Shown piece by piece: positions 1 to 13,270 of a DNA stretch of 64,000 nucleotides. Source of the DNA: an uncultured Pseudomonadota bacterium. Lineage in GTDB: Bacteria; Myxococcota_A; Polyangia; Fen-1088. The translations under genes were made by a program, and so were the position numbers. Within the stretch, counting starts at the first letter, position 1. Every line of letters starts with the position of its first letter. The notes under the pieces were generated by a model. It saw only the letters and a program-made list of their open reading frames with translations. It was not told where the DNA came from and ran no database searches. The stretch covers positions 640,001-704,000 of the forward strand of contig CAWKBC010000027.1 in the NCBI GenBank assembly GCA_963847705.1, read 5' to 3'.

Positions 1-1
1 G

Positions 2-1648
2 GTGCCGCCGGCCCGCTCGGAGATCGTGCTCGGGATCCTGATCGCGGAGGACCTGATCGCCATCCTCATCCTGGCGGTGCTCACCGCGGCGGCCTCGGGG
101 GCGCGGCTGGAGGCCGCCGCCCTGGCCCGCACCGTCGGCCGGCTGGCCGGCTTCTTGGTGGTGCTGCTGGCGGTGGGCATGCTGGTGGTTCCCCGCCTGG
201 TGCGCGCCCTGGTCCGCCTCGGCCGCGCGGAGACGACCGTGGTGGCGACGGTCGGGATCTGCTTCGCCTTCGCGCTGCTGGCCCGCAAGATGGGTTACTC
301 GGTGGCGCTGGGCGCCTTCCTGGGCGGCGCGCTGGTGGCCGAGTCGGGTGAGGCCAAGAGCATCGAACATCGGCTGGAGCCGGTCCGGGATCTCTTCGCG
401 GCGATCTTCTTCGTCTCGGTGGGGATGCTGATCGACCCGCAGGTGATCTGGACGCACGCCGGAACGGTGCTGCTCTTCTCGGCCGTGGTGGTGGTGGGGC
501 GGCTCGTGGGGGTCACCGTGGGCGCCTTCGTCGCCGGGTACGGGATCCCCACCGCGGTGCAGACGGCGCTGTCGCTGGGCCAGATCGGGGAGTTCTCGTT
601 CATCATCGCCGGCGTCGGGCTCACCTTCGGCGTGACGCGTGAGTTCCTCTACCCGATCATGGTCGCGGTCTCGGCGGTGACCACGCTGCTGACGCCCTTC
701 CTGATCCGGATCTCCGGGCGGGTGGGGGCCCTCATCGATCGCCGCCTGCCGCACACTCTGCAGACCTACGCGGCGCTCTATGGGGCCTGGGTGCAGGGCC
801 TCCGGGCGACGGGCGCGCGCAAGGGCGCCTGGTCGAAGATCCGCCGCCGGGCCGCCCTCCTGATCCTCGATGCCGCCCTGTCGGCCGGGATCGTGATCGG
901 CGGGGCCGTCGCCTCGCGCAGGCTGGCCGGCTGGGCCGGGCGGGCGGCGGGGGTCGCGCCGGCGCTCGCCCGGACCGCCCTCATCGCGGTCACCTTGGCG
1001 CTGCTGGTGCCGTTCGTGCTGGGCGCGGTGCGGACGGCGCGCGCCCTGGCGGTGGCTCTGGCGACCGAGGCGCTGCCGGGACCCGGCTCCGCCGAGGCGC
1101 TCGATCTGGCGGCGGCGCCGCGCCGGGCGCTCTTGGCCACGCTGCAGATCGCGATCCTGCTGGTGGTCGGCGTGCCGCTGGTGGCGGTGACGCAGCCGTT
1201 CCTGCCGCGGTTCGAAGGAATGGCGATCCTGCTCGTCTGTCTGGCGGTGCTGGCTCTGGGGCTCTGGCGCAGCGCCGCTAATCTGCAAGGGCACGTCCGG
1301 GCCGGGGCGCAGGTCCTCCTCGAGGCGCTGGCGGCGCAAAGTGGGCTGGATGCGGCAGGTGCCTCGCACGGGGCCGGTGGCCAGCAGGTCCCGACCGAGC
1401 TGCCGGGCCTGGGCAATGCGCGTGCGTTTCGGCTGGGTCCCGAATCCAGCGTCATCGGCCGCACCCTCCGTCAGCTCGACCTGCGGGGGATGACGGGAGC
1501 GACGGTGATCGCCATCGATCGCGAGCCGGCGGACGTCATCTACCCCACGGCGGACGAGACCCTGCGCCCGGGCGACACGTTGGTGGTGACCGGTGCCGCC
1601 GAGGCGGTGGAGGCGGCCGCCGCGTTGCTTCGAAGTGCCGCCCGATAG
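2..1648 (+). CDS. CPA2-family cation:proton antiporter with C-terminal TrkA-C (RCK_C) domain, 5'-truncated by the window edge
   Basis: Many TM helices; motifs GILIAEDL, ALGAFLGG, FFVSVG, QIGEFSFII; C-terminal IGRTLRQLDLRGMTGATVIAI...GDTLVVTG. Confidence 0.9.
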   Translation: MPPARSEIVLGILIAEDLIAILILAVLTAAASGARLEAAALARTVGRLAGFLVVLLAVGMLVVPRLVRALVRLGRAETTVVATVGICFAFALLARKMGYSVALGAFLGGALVAESGEAKSIEHRLEPVRDLFAAIFFVSVGMLIDPQVIWTHAGTVLLFSAVVVVGRLVGVTVGAFVAGYGIPTAVQTALSLGQIGEFSFIIAGVGLTFGVTREFLYPIMVAVSAVTTLLTPFLIRISGRVGALIDRRLPHTLQTYAALYGAWVQGLRATGARKGAWSKIRRRAALLILDAALSAGIVIGGAVASRRLAGWAGRAAGVAPALARTALIAVTLALLVPFVLGAVRTARALAVALATEALPGPGSAEALDLAAAPRRALLATLQIAILLVVGVPLVAVTQPFLPRFEGMAILLVCLAVLALGLWRSAANLQGHVRAGAQVLLEALAAQSGLDAAGASHGAGGQQVPTELPGLGNARAFRLGPESSVIGRTLRQLDLRGMTGATVIAIDREPADVIYPTADETLRPGDTLVVTGAAEAVEAAAALLRSAAR

Positions 1649-1687
1649 GCGGCTTGGCACGCTTCGCCCGCGCCGGTGCCCACGTCA

Positions 1688-1696
1688 TGCTATCTT
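1688..1696 (+). promoter_or_regulatory. Putative extended -10 promoter (TGcTATCTT), probably giving a leaderless prfB mRNA
   Basis: TATCTT at 1691-1696, 7 nt before ATG 1704; no SD in between. Confidence 0.55.
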
Positions 1697-1703
1697 GCGC
1701 GCC

Positions 1704-2853
1704 ATGGAAATCGGGCCCCTGCGAGAGCGCGTGTCGAAGCTTCAGAGCCGACTCGAGGTTCTCCGGGGGCATCTTTGACATCGACGGCAAAAAGCGTCGA
1801 ATAGCGGAGCTGGACGAGCAGACCGCGACAGAAGGGTTCTGGAACGCCGCCGACAAGGCGCAGACCTTGCTGCGCGAGCAGGCGCGCCTCAAGTCCTCGG
1901 TGGACACCTTCGAGGGTCAGGGCAAGACGCTCGAGGACGCGGGCGTGCTCATCGACATGGCCGACGAGGCCAAGGACGAGGCGACCGCGGTGGAGGCCGC
2001 GGCCACCCTCACCGCGATCGAGGAGGCGGTCTCCAAGATCGAGTTTGCGCGCATGCTGTCGGGCCCCTACGACCGGCAGGGGGCGCTGGTCAGCGTCAAC
2101 GCCGGCGCCGGCGGCACCGAGAGCCAGGACTGGGCCGAGATGTTGCTGCGGATGTACGCCCGCTGGGCGGAGCGAAAAGGGTTCAAGCTGGAGGAGCTGG
2201 ACCGGCAGCCGGGCGACGAGGCGGGGATCAAGAGCGCCACCATCGGCGTCGAGGGGGAGTGGGCTTACGGGTGGCTGCGCGCCGAGGCGGGCGTGCACCG
2301 ACTGGTGCGCATCTCGCCGTTCGACGGGCAGGCGCGGCGGCACACCTCGTTCGCCAGCGTCTTCATCTATCCGGACATCGACGAGACCATCAAGGTCGAG
2401 ATCGACGAGAAGGATCTGCGCATCGACGTCATGCGGTCGGGCGGCGCGGGCGGCCAGCACGTCAACAAGACCGAATCCGCGGTGCGCGTCACCCACATCC
2501 CGACCGGGATCGCCGTGCACTCCGACGGCGAGCGCTCGCAGCACAAGAACAAGTCGACCGCGATGCGCATCCTGCGCTCGAAGCTGTTCGAGGTCGAACA
2601 GAAGAAGCAGGAGGAGAAGATGGGCAACATCCACGCCCAGAAGAAGGCGATCGAGTGGGGGAGCCAGATCCGGTCGTACGTGCTGGCCCCCTACAAGCAG
2701 GCGAACGACCATCGGACGGGCCTCAAGGTCAGCAACGTCGACGCGGTCCTGGACGGGGACCTCGACCAGTTCATGGTCGCCACGCTGCTGGAGCTGGCAG
2801 GCGATCCGACTGCCCAGGCCAAGGTTCCGCCGCCGGGTGACGATGAGGTGTGA
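1704..2853 (+). CDS. prfB: Peptide chain release factor 2, translated via programmed +1 frameshift
   Basis: ORF0 MEIGPLRE...LRGHL ends at CTT TGA C (1773-1779); the +1 frame continues DIDGKK... with SPF and GGQ motifs. Confidence 0.97.
1764..1779 (+). promoter_or_regulatory. prfB +1 frameshift cassette (internal SD-like CGGGGG, 3-nt spacer, CTT-TGA-C)
   Basis: Sequence cgggggcatctttgac matches the established RF2 autoregulatory site. Confidence 0.95.
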
Positions 2854-2962
2854 TTCGCTCACACAGTTGAAACAAACATGTGGATCTGTGGATTAACTTG
2901 GTAAATCGAAGCACCTTCGCGGTCTTAGCCGACTGTGGGTTGTTGACATCTCGTGGAGAGAA

Positions 2963-4534
2963 ATGGCCGACGAACGAGAGCTGATCGAAGAACGCCAAAA
3001 AAAGGTCGCGGAAATTCGCGCCCTTGGTGGAAATCCATATGCCAACGGCTTCGTGCCGAGCCACACGACGGCCGAGATCGTGGCGAAGTTCGCCGGCGTC
3101 ACGCCGCCGCCGCCGCCCGACGGGGACGACGGAAAGTCAGGTCCGCCCTTGCTCACCGACGACGACTTTGCGGTGGCGGGACGCATCGTGGATTTCCGGT
3201 CGTTCGGGAAGATGGCCTTCGTGAAGCTGCTGGACCGCAGCGGGCAGCTCCAGGTCCAGATCCGCAAGGACCTCCTGGGCGAGGCGGCGTTCGCGCTCTG
3301 GAAGAAGGCGGAGCGCGGCGACTTCATCGGTGTGGTCGGCAGCCCGGCGATCATGAAGACGGGCGAGCTGACCATCGTGGCCGAGAGCGTGCAGATCCTG
3401 ACCAAGGCCACGCGGCCGCTGCCGGAGAAATTTCACGGCCTGTCGGACACGGAGGTCCGCTACCGCCAGCGCTACGTCGATCTGGTGGTCAACCCCGAGG
3501 TGCGCGAGGTGTTCCGCAAGCGGAGCGCGCTCGTGCGCAGCATTCGGAGCTTCCTGGACGCCCGCGGCTTTCTCGAGGTGGAGACGCCGATGCTGCACGG
3601 GATCGTGGGCGGCGCGGCGGCCAAGCCGTTCAAGACCCACCACAACGCGCTCGACCTCGATCTCAACATGCGGATCGCGCCCGAGCTGCACCTGAAGCGG
3701 CTGGTGGTCGGCAGCTTCGATCGGGTCTACGAGATCGGCCGAAACTTCCGCAACGAGGGGCTGTCGCGTCAGCACAACCCCGAGTTCACGATGCTGGAGT
3801 TCTACCAGGCCTACGCCACCTACGCCGACCTGATGGTGCTCACCGAGACGCTGTTCCGCGAGCTCTCCCGCGAGCTCGCCGGCGGCGAGGAGATCAGCTA
3901 CCAGGGCCAGAAGGTCAGCTTCGCCGGCGACTGGCCGCGCATCCCGATGAAGGACGCCATCGTCACCGCCTCGGGCGCCGGCCTGCTGCCGGCCGGGCTC
4001 GAGCGCGGCGTCCTCGACGACGACGCCGCGCTCTCGAAGTGGCTGGGGGACAGCGGCCTCACCGACGGCAAGAGCGAGCTCGGCGCGGTGCTGCGCAAGG
4101 CGGAGTCGCACGGCGAGCGGGTCGGCGCGCTCTTCGACTACGCGGGTGAAAAGGCGCTCCCCGCCGATCGCCCCGCCTTCGTGACCGAATATCCGGCCGA
4201 GACCTCACCGCTGTCGCGCCGCAACGACGCCGATCCGTCGCGGGTCGATCGCTTCGAGCTGTTCATCGTCGGCCGCGAGCACGCCAACGCCTTCTCCGAG
4301 CTGAACGATCCGGCCGATCAGCGGGCGCGCTTCCAGGCCCAGGTCGACGCCAAGGCCCACGGGCGCGACGAGACTATGGACTACGACGAGGACTACTGCC
4401 GGGCGCTCGAGTACGGGCTGCCGCCGACGGCGGGGGAGGGGATCGGGATCGATCGCCTGACCATGCTGCTCACCGACCAGCCGTCGATCCGCGACGTCAT
4501 CCTCTTCCCGCTTTTGCGTCCAGAGCGCGACTAG
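2963..4534 (+). CDS. lysS: Lysine--tRNA ligase (class II)
   Basis: [52 protein letters not shown]; SD ggag upstream. Confidence 0.97.
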   Translation: MADERELIEERQKKVAEIRALGGNPYANGFVPSHTTAEIVAKFAGVTPPPPPDGDDGKSGPPLLTDDDFAVAGRIVDFRSFGKMAFVKLLDRSGQLQVQIRKDLLGEAAFALWKKAERGDFIGVVGSPAIMKTGELTIVAESVQILTKATRPLPEKFHGLSDTEVRYRQRYVDLVVNPEVREVFRKRSALVRSIRSFLDARGFLEVETPMLHGIVGGAAAKPFKTHHNALDLDLNMRIAPELHLKRLVVGSFDRVYEIGRNFRNEGLSRQHNPEFTMLEFYQAYATYADLMVLTETLFRELSRELAGGEEISYQGQKVSFAGDWPRIPMKDAIVTASGAGLLPAGLERGVLDDDAALSKWLGDSGLTDGKSELGAVLRKAESHGERVGALFDYAGEKALPADRPAFVTEYPAETSPLSRRNDADPSRVDRFELFIVGREHANAFSELNDPADQRARFQAQVDAKAHGRDETMDYDEDYCRALEYGLPPTAGEGIGIDRLTMLLTDQPSIRDVILFPLLRPERD

Positions 4535-4544
4535 GTCCGAACCC

Positions 4545-6281
4545 ATGCTGCAGCCAGGGTTCGAGTGGTTCATCGCCTGGCGCCATCTGCGCGATCCGGA
4601 GCGCCGTTCGCGCCGGACGCTGGCGGTGGGGCTGGCGGCGCTGGCGGCCGGTGGGCTCTGCTTCCTGGCCGCCGCGCTGGTCCCGCGGTTCATGCACGTC
4701 CACGCCCGTGCCCCGGGCGAGTGGATGGAGGTGCACCCGCTGCTCGTCGTCGAGCGGCTGCGCACGACCGGCATGGTGGCCGTCGCCGCCGGTCTCCTGC
4801 TGACGCTGCTGGGGGCGCTGTTCGCCACCTTCACGGTCTTCACCGCCGTCTCGATCTTCGGCGTGTTTCTCGGCACCGGCGCGCCGATCATCGCGCTGTC
4901 GGTGATGTCGGGGTTCGAGGCCGACCTCAAGGGGAAGATCCGCGCCACCAAGGCCGACGTGGTGATCGAGACGGGCGATGACCGGCCGTTCACCAACTGG
5001 GGGGAAGTCGACCGCAAGATTGCCGGTATCCCGCACGTCGTCGGCTCGATGCCCTACATCGAGACCGAGGTGATCATCAAGCACGCCACCAACCCGGCCG
5101 GGATGGGGATCATCCTGCGGGGGATCGATCCGGCGCGCGCCCCCTACGTCCTCGGCCTCGAGCACACCATGCAAGAGGGGAAGATCGCCTACCTGCAGCA
5201 CCCCGAGCAGATCCCCACCGACGACGGTGATTTCCTGCGCGACGGCGCGGGCCCGCCCGGTGACAGCGGCAGCCCGCTCTTCCCGCCGCCCCCGCCCGAA
5301 AAGACGAGCGAAAAGACGAGCAAGGGCAAGACCGGCCCGGGCAAACCAGCCAAGGGCTCGGCGAAGGCTCCGTCCTCCAAGGCTGCGTCTTCCCAGGCGC
5401 CGTCCTCCGAGGCGCCGTCCTCCGACAACGACCCGTTCCGGGATTCGTCCAGGCAGGGCCCGCGGGCCCCGCTGCCGCCCCGGACCGCCGTCCCCGGCAT
5501 CCTCCTCGGCGACGAGCTCTATCAGCACACGTTGCGCGTCTTCGTCGGCAGCGACGTCGACATCGCCTGCCCGATGTGCGGCGTCGGTCCGATGGGGCCG
5601 ATGCCCAAGCTGAAGCCGTTCCGGGTGGCCGGGCACTTCTACACCGGCATGTACGAATTCGACTCCAAGCTGGCCTACGTCGCGCTCGCCGACGCCCAGA
5701 AGTTCCTCGGCACGCCGGGGGAGGTGACGGGGATCGAGATCCGGACGACGACGCCCGAGGCGGCCCGCGACGTGGCCGACGAGATCGCCCGGCGCCTCGG
5801 TCCCGGCTATGAGGTCCGCACCTGGGAAGAGCTCAACCGCGGCCTCTTCGCGGCGCTCAAGCTGGAGAAGGTGGCGATGTTCGTGGTGCTCACCTTCATC
5901 GCGCTGGTGGCGTCATTCTCCATCGTCTCCAACCTGATCATGCTGGTCACCGAGAAGGCGCGCGAGGTGGCGATCCTCAAATCGATGGGGGCGCGCGACG
6001 GCGCCATCCTGCGGATCTTCTTCGCCGAGGGGCTCTACATCGGCCTCCTCGGGCTGGCGCTGGGCCTCGGCCTCGGCGTCGGCGGCTGCCTGTTGTTGTC
6101 GCACTACGGGCTGCCGCTCGATCCGGACGTCTATTACATCCAGAAGCTGCCGGTGGTCATGCGGGCCGGCGAGATCGCGGCGGTGAATCTGGCAGCGCTC
6201 GGCCTCTGCTGCCTGGCCACGCTCTATCCGGCGATGCTGGCCTCCCGGATGCGCCCGGTCGACGGTCTGCGGTACGAGTAG
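4545..6281 (+). CDS. lolE: Lipoprotein-releasing ABC transporter permease LolC/E family, with a low-complexity periplasmic insertion
   Basis: [37 protein letters not shown]-terminus; synteny with lysS, lolD and bamA. Confidence 0.88.
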   Translation: MLQPGFEWFIAWRHLRDPERRSRRTLAVGLAALAAGGLCFLAAALVPRFMHVHARAPGEWMEVHPLLVVERLRTTGMVAVAAGLLLTLLGALFATFTVFTAVSIFGVFLGTGAPIIALSVMSGFEADLKGKIRATKADVVIETGDDRPFTNWGEVDRKIAGIPHVVGSMPYIETEVIIKHATNPAGMGIILRGIDPARAPYVLGLEHTMQEGKIAYLQHPEQIPTDDGDFLRDGAGPPGDSGSPLFPPPPPEKTSEKTSKGKTGPGKPAKGSAKAPSSKAASSQAPSSEAPSSDNDPFRDSSRQGPRAPLPPRTAVPGILLGDELYQHTLRVFVGSDVDIACPMCGVGPMGPMPKLKPFRVAGHFYTGMYEFDSKLAYVALADAQKFLGTPGEVTGIEIRTTTPEAARDVADEIARRLGPGYEVRTWEELNRGLFAALKLEKVAMFVVLTFIALVASFSIVSNLIMLVTEKAREVAILKSMGARDGAILRIFFAEGLYIGLLGLALGLGLGVGGCLLLSHYGLPLDPDVYYIQKLPVVMRAGEIAAVNLAALGLCCLATLYPAMLASRMRPVDGLRYE

Positions 6282-6291
6282 CGCGCCGCGC

Positions 6292-7554
6292 CTACTCGAC
6301 GACCGGCGCCTCGAACGGACCGAGTCGTCGCTGATTCCAGCGACGAACCAGCCCCCGCACCAGGGCCGACAACCTGATCGGGTAGATCGACTTCTCTTCG
6401 ACCGTCTCGTCGCTGATCGCGCCCCAGCGAGATTTCCAGGCGCTCTCGCCGGGCGGGAACTCGAGGCGATCGAACCCGCGCACGATCGCCTCCCGGATCG
6501 CCTCGGCCGTGATGATGGTGAGCGGACTGTACCGCCGCCAGCGTTCGTCGTACCCCGAGTAGTAGACCGACAGGCAGCGCTCTGCCTCGACGAAGGCCTG
6601 CACGGCCACCGTCTCCCCCGCGATCTTCAAGGACACGAGCGAGACCTGATCCCGCCGGGCCAGACGTTGAAACAGGCCCCGGAGGAACGCCGCCTCGGTT
6701 TCGCCTGGCAGGTGATTCCGGTGCGCAGGTCCAGCCGTCGATTCGCTGCGCTGCCGGTGAAGCCTGATCAGATGCTCGGTCGCGATCGCCACTTCGGCCG
6801 GCGCGCGCGCCGTCTGGATCTTCCAGGCACCGATCTCACGGGTGAGGCGGCGCGGATAATAGGCAATGTTGTCCCGCATCGATTTGGAGAGCCCCGACTC
6901 GAAGCTCGGCCAGGAGGCCGGGAGCGCAAGCGTCATCGGAAGATCACGCCGCCGGGTCACCTCGACATTGTCGAGGCGCTGCGAAAGGGAGATGGCGGCG
7001 CGGGTCGCCGTCTGCCGGCTGCGGGCGCCGTGCACGACGGCGATGTCCCATGCCTTGTTGCGTGCGTCCGCCGCGATCCGCGAGACCAGCATCCGGGCGG
7101 CGAGATGTTCGTAGCCCCGGCGCAGGATGGCGATCGGCTCGTCCGTCAGCGTCTCCATCGAATGGCTTCGCCCGAAAGGTTGAAGCGTCACCCCCAGGCT
7201 CGACCGGCCGAGCGAATGCTCCTCGAAGAGGGGCGTCAGCCCGATCACCCCGGCTCGAGCTTCGACCGCGACGACCACCGTGAAACGTCCGGTGGCACCG
7301 CCTGCCCGGGCCATCACGAACCGGTTGAGCCACTCGAGCGCGAAGTCCCAGGACTGGAAAGCGGTCGGGCTGCGTGAGCCGGCGCTCAGCTCCCGCCACA
7401 GCTCTTCCAGGGCGTAGAAACCATCCGGGGTCACGACCGAATGACAGCCCGGCTGGAGGCCCACCGCTCGGAACTCCAACGGACGCGTGACACCCTTTCC
7501 GCCGACCGGAGAGAGCGCCTCGGCCAAGCGCGCGCTTCCCCGAGCGAACGTCAT
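6292..7554 (-). CDS. GNAT-family N-acetyltransferase, CelD/BcsL-like
   Basis: W..L....PTAFQSWDF..W N-terminus; YYSGYDERWRRYSP; LEFPPGESAWKSRW. Confidence 0.8.
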   Translation of the reverse strand: MTFARGSARLAEALSPVGGKGVTRPLEFRAVGLQPGCHSVVTPDGFYALEELWRELSAGSRSPTAFQSWDFALEWLNRFVMARAGGATGRFTVVVAVEARAGVIGLTPLFEEHSLGRSSLGVTLQPFGRSHSMETLTDEPIAILRRGYEHLAARMLVSRIAADARNKAWDIAVVHGARSRQTATRAAISLSQRLDNVEVTRRRDLPMTLALPASWPSFESGLSKSMRDNIAYYPRRLTREIGAWKIQTARAPAEVAIATEHLIRLHRQRSESTAGPAHRNHLPGETEAAFLRGLFQRLARRDQVSLVSLKIAGETVAVQAFVEAERCLSVYYSGYDERWRRYSPLTIITAEAIREAIVRGFDRLEFPPGESAWKSRWGAISDETVEEKSIYPIRLSALVRGLVRRWNQRRLGPFEAPVVE

Positions 7555-7671
7555 CGCGGGCCACTATGCCACATTGTCGCCTTTGTCACATAGTCATCCG
7601 CGGTGTCGCCAGACGGCGTCGCGTCGGCTCTTACCTCGAAGGTCTGATTGTGGGACAACCTGGACCAGGGG

Positions 7672-8538
7672 ATGAAGATTCCTCCGGCGCTGCGAGACAG
7701 GGTGGTCCGCGTTCTGCGGACCGTGGGGCAGGTCCGGCCGCTCGTGCCGGTCCTTTACCACCCGCGCGTCAGCGGCGTGCTGCGACGAATGCCGGGAGCC
7801 GGCGCCCTTTACGGCTACGGCTGGGACCGGCAGCATCCGTTCGACCGGGCGAACGGCACCGATACCAGCGGGGTCGTCGAGCTGCAGGCGATCCGGGCCC
7901 ACACCGATCACCCGGCCATGGCGCACGCCGCCATTTACGTGGGGTCACAGCCGAGCGCGATCCGCCAGGCGCTGGACGCGTTGCCCCCGCTGAAGGGCGC
8001 CACCTTCATCGACTTCGGATGCGGCAAGGGGCGGCCGCTGCTGGTGGCGGCCGAGCGTCCGTTCCGGGAGGTGGTCGGGATCGATCTCTCCTCGGAGCTG
8101 GCGGCGATCGCCCGCTCGAACGCCGCCATCATGCAGACCCGCCACCCTGGGCGAGCGCCCATCCGCGTCGTCGTCGGCGATGCGGCCAGCTACCCGCTTC
8201 CCTCCGGGGATCTGGTGCTGTTCTTTTACCACCCGTTCGGTGCCCCCATCTTCGAGCGGGTGCTGGCGGCGGTGGAGGGCGCGCTCGAGAGCGAACGGCG
8301 CGCCATCTACGTGGTCTACTACAACCCGGTGCTCGGGCGGCTGTTCGACGCCTCGCCGGCCTTCACCCGCCGGTGGGCCGCGATGCTCCCCTGCGCCCGC
8401 GACGAGCGCGGCTACGGTGCCGACGGCGACGACGCCGTGATGATCTGGCAGGGGGGCACTGCGCCCCCGCCTCGTGGATCTGTGGACCAGAGGATCGTGC
8501 TGAGCAACTTGGACACGCGGGCCGAACTGATCCGATAG
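7672..8538 (+). CDS. Class I SAM-dependent methyltransferase
   Basis: [10 protein letters not shown] motif I, VVGIDLS, GDAASY, FFYHPF; ATG 7672 preferred over TTG 7648. Confidence 0.85.
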   Translation: MKIPPALRDRVVRVLRTVGQVRPLVPVLYHPRVSGVLRRMPGAGALYGYGWDRQHPFDRANGTDTSGVVELQAIRAHTDHPAMAHAAIYVGSQPSAIRQALDALPPLKGATFIDFGCGKGRPLLVAAERPFREVVGIDLSSELAAIARSNAAIMQTRHPGRAPIRVVVGDAASYPLPSGDLVLFFYHPFGAPIFERVLAAVEGALESERRAIYVVYYNPVLGRLFDASPAFTRRWAAMLPCARDERGYGADGDDAVMIWQGGTAPPPRGSVDQRIVLSNLDTRAELIR

Positions 8539-8593
8539 CCGGGCAACCTCCGGCAAGTGCGCGGAGTCTCAGGAAATAAGGCTTATGGCGTCG

Positions 8594-8622
8594 TTGACAC
8601 CTGCGGGGGCGCCGACTAATTT
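8594..8622 (+). promoter_or_regulatory. sigma70-type promoter for lolD-bamA
   Basis: TTGACA (8594-8599), 17-nt spacer, TAATTT (8617-8622), 10 nt before ATG 8633. Confidence 0.7.
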
Positions 8623-8632
8623 GGCGCACCCC

Positions 8633-9358
<726 letters not shown>

Positions 9359-9370
9359 CCGGCGCCCGCG

Positions 9371-11863
<2,493 letters not shown>

Positions 11864-11867
11864 TCTA

Positions 11868-12193
11868 CATGGGAACCCTGGGAGGGTTCCCAAACCCTCC
11901 CGCGATGGGGTCGGACCGGCAGAGCCGTCCCGCCCCCGACGCGATCCATGGGAACCCTGGGAGGGTTCCCAAACCCTCCCGCGATGGGGTCGGGCCGGCG
12001 AAGCCGTCCCGCCCCCGACGCGATCCATGGGAACCCTGGGAGGGTTCCCAAACCCTCCCGCGATGGGGTCGGGCCGGCGAAGCCGTCCCGCCCCCGACGC
12101 GATCCATGGGAACCCTGGGAGGGTTCCCAAACCCTCCCGCGATGGGGTCGGGCCGGCAGAGCCGTCCCGCCCCCGACGCGATCCATGGGAACC
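11868..12193. repeat. Tandem array of four 79-bp palindromic (REP/BIME-like) units plus a short partial unit
   Basis: Units start at 11869, 11948, 12027, 12106 (partial at 12185); atgggaaccctgggagggttcccaaaccctcccgcgatggggtcgg(a/g)ccggc(aga/gaa)gccgtcccgcccccgacgcgatcc. Confidence 0.97.
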
Positions 12194-12264
12194 GCGGTGC
12201 ACCTCCAAAATCGCTTACTTTTCTCACAAACGTGTTAAGCAAACGGCCGGTGAAGGAGATGAGA

Positions 12265-12804
12265 ATGTCACGCGTATCACGTTTCTTGGTTCTGGCGGTC
12301 CTCTTGCTGAGTTCGTCCGCGGCGTTCGCCGAGGACTTCAAGCTCGGGTTCGTCGACATGCAGCGCGCCCTCAACGAGACCGACGACGGCAAGAAGGCCA
12401 AGGCGGCGCTCAAGAAGGTGTTCGATCAGAAGCAGAAGGAGCTCGACGAACAGCAGGCGGCGCTCAAAAAAGACATCGAGGACCTCGACAAGAAGCGGAC
12501 GCTTCTCCCCGCCGACCAGGTGCGCGAGAAAGAGGGAGAGCTGCAGGCGCGGATGCAGAAGGTGCAGCAGACCTACCTGCGCCACCAGCAGGACCTCTCC
12601 GCCAAGGAGCAGGAGGCGACGGCCAAGATCTACGAGCGCATGAACAAGATCATCGCCAAGATCGCCGCCTCCGAGAACTTCTCGATGATCGTGGACAAGT
12701 CGGCGCTGGTCTTCGCCAAGCCGCACCTCGATCTCACCAGCGAGCTCATTCGCCGCTACAACAGCGGCGAAGGGGGCGACGCCGCACCGTCAGCCAAGAA
12801 GTAG
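12265..12804 (+). CDS. skp: OmpH/Skp periplasmic chaperone
   Basis: Signal peptide, KLGFVDMQRAL, coiled coil, DLTSELIRRYN; SD aaggag at 12253-12258. Confidence 0.92.
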   Translation: MSRVSRFLVLAVLLLSSSAAFAEDFKLGFVDMQRALNETDDGKKAKAALKKVFDQKQKELDEQQAALKKDIEDLDKKRTLLPADQVREKEGELQARMQKVQQTYLRHQQDLSAKEQEATAKIYERMNKIIAKIAASENFSMIVDKSALVFAKPHLDLTSELIRRYNSGEGGDAAPSAKK

Positions 12805-12809
12805 GCGAC

Positions 12810-13265
12810 GTGCTCGATATCCGCGCCATCGAGCGGATCCTTCCGCACCGCTATCCGTTCTTGCTCGTCGATCGCGTGGACGAGATCGGAGGCGACAAGA
12901 TCGTCGCGCGCAAGCTGGTCTCGCGCAACGAGCCGCACTTCAACGGCCACTTTCCGGGACACCCGGTGATGCCGGGCGTGCTGATCATCGAGGCGCTGGC
13001 GCAGGCGGGTGCGCTCCTGGCCGCGCACACCGTCGGCTTCGATCCGACGACCCACGTCATCTACTTCATGGCCATCGACAAGGCGCGCTTCAGAAAGCCG
13101 GTCGTCCCGGGCGATCTGCTGGTGCTGGAGGTCGTTCCGCTGCGCAAGGGCGGGGCGATCTGGAAGCTGCGCGGCGAGGCGAAGGTCGACGGCGTGGTCG
13201 TGGCGGAGGCGGAGCTCCTGGCTTCGATCCAGCCACGCGACGCGACCGCCGCGCCCAAGGGCTGA
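12810..13265 (+). CDS. fabZ: 3-hydroxyacyl-ACP dehydratase
   Basis: [43 protein letters not shown]; GTG start. Confidence 0.96.
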   Translation: MLDIRAIERILPHRYPFLLVDRVDEIGGDKIVARKLVSRNEPHFNGHFPGHPVMPGVLIIEALAQAGALLAAHTVGFDPTTHVIYFMAIDKARFRKPVVPGDLLVLEVVPLRKGGAIWKLRGEAKVDGVVVAEAELLASIQPRDATAAPKG

Positions 13266-13270
13266 TCCCC

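Noticed and set aside
1654-1778. prfB start at 1654 without frameshift
   Set aside because: The canonical CTT-TGA-C cassette and the ATG at 1704 explain the gene better
2849-2863. CRP/FNR site TGTGA-N-TCACA
   Set aside because: The spacer is 5 nt rather than 6 and it overlaps the prfB stop; kept only as a palindrome
6282-8590. Transposon or integrative element carrying the GNAT/methyltransferase pair
   Set aside because: No transposase, integrase, terminal inverted repeats or target duplication found
11868-12193. CRISPR array
   Set aside because: Units are contiguous and near-identical with no unique spacers, and no cas genes are in the window
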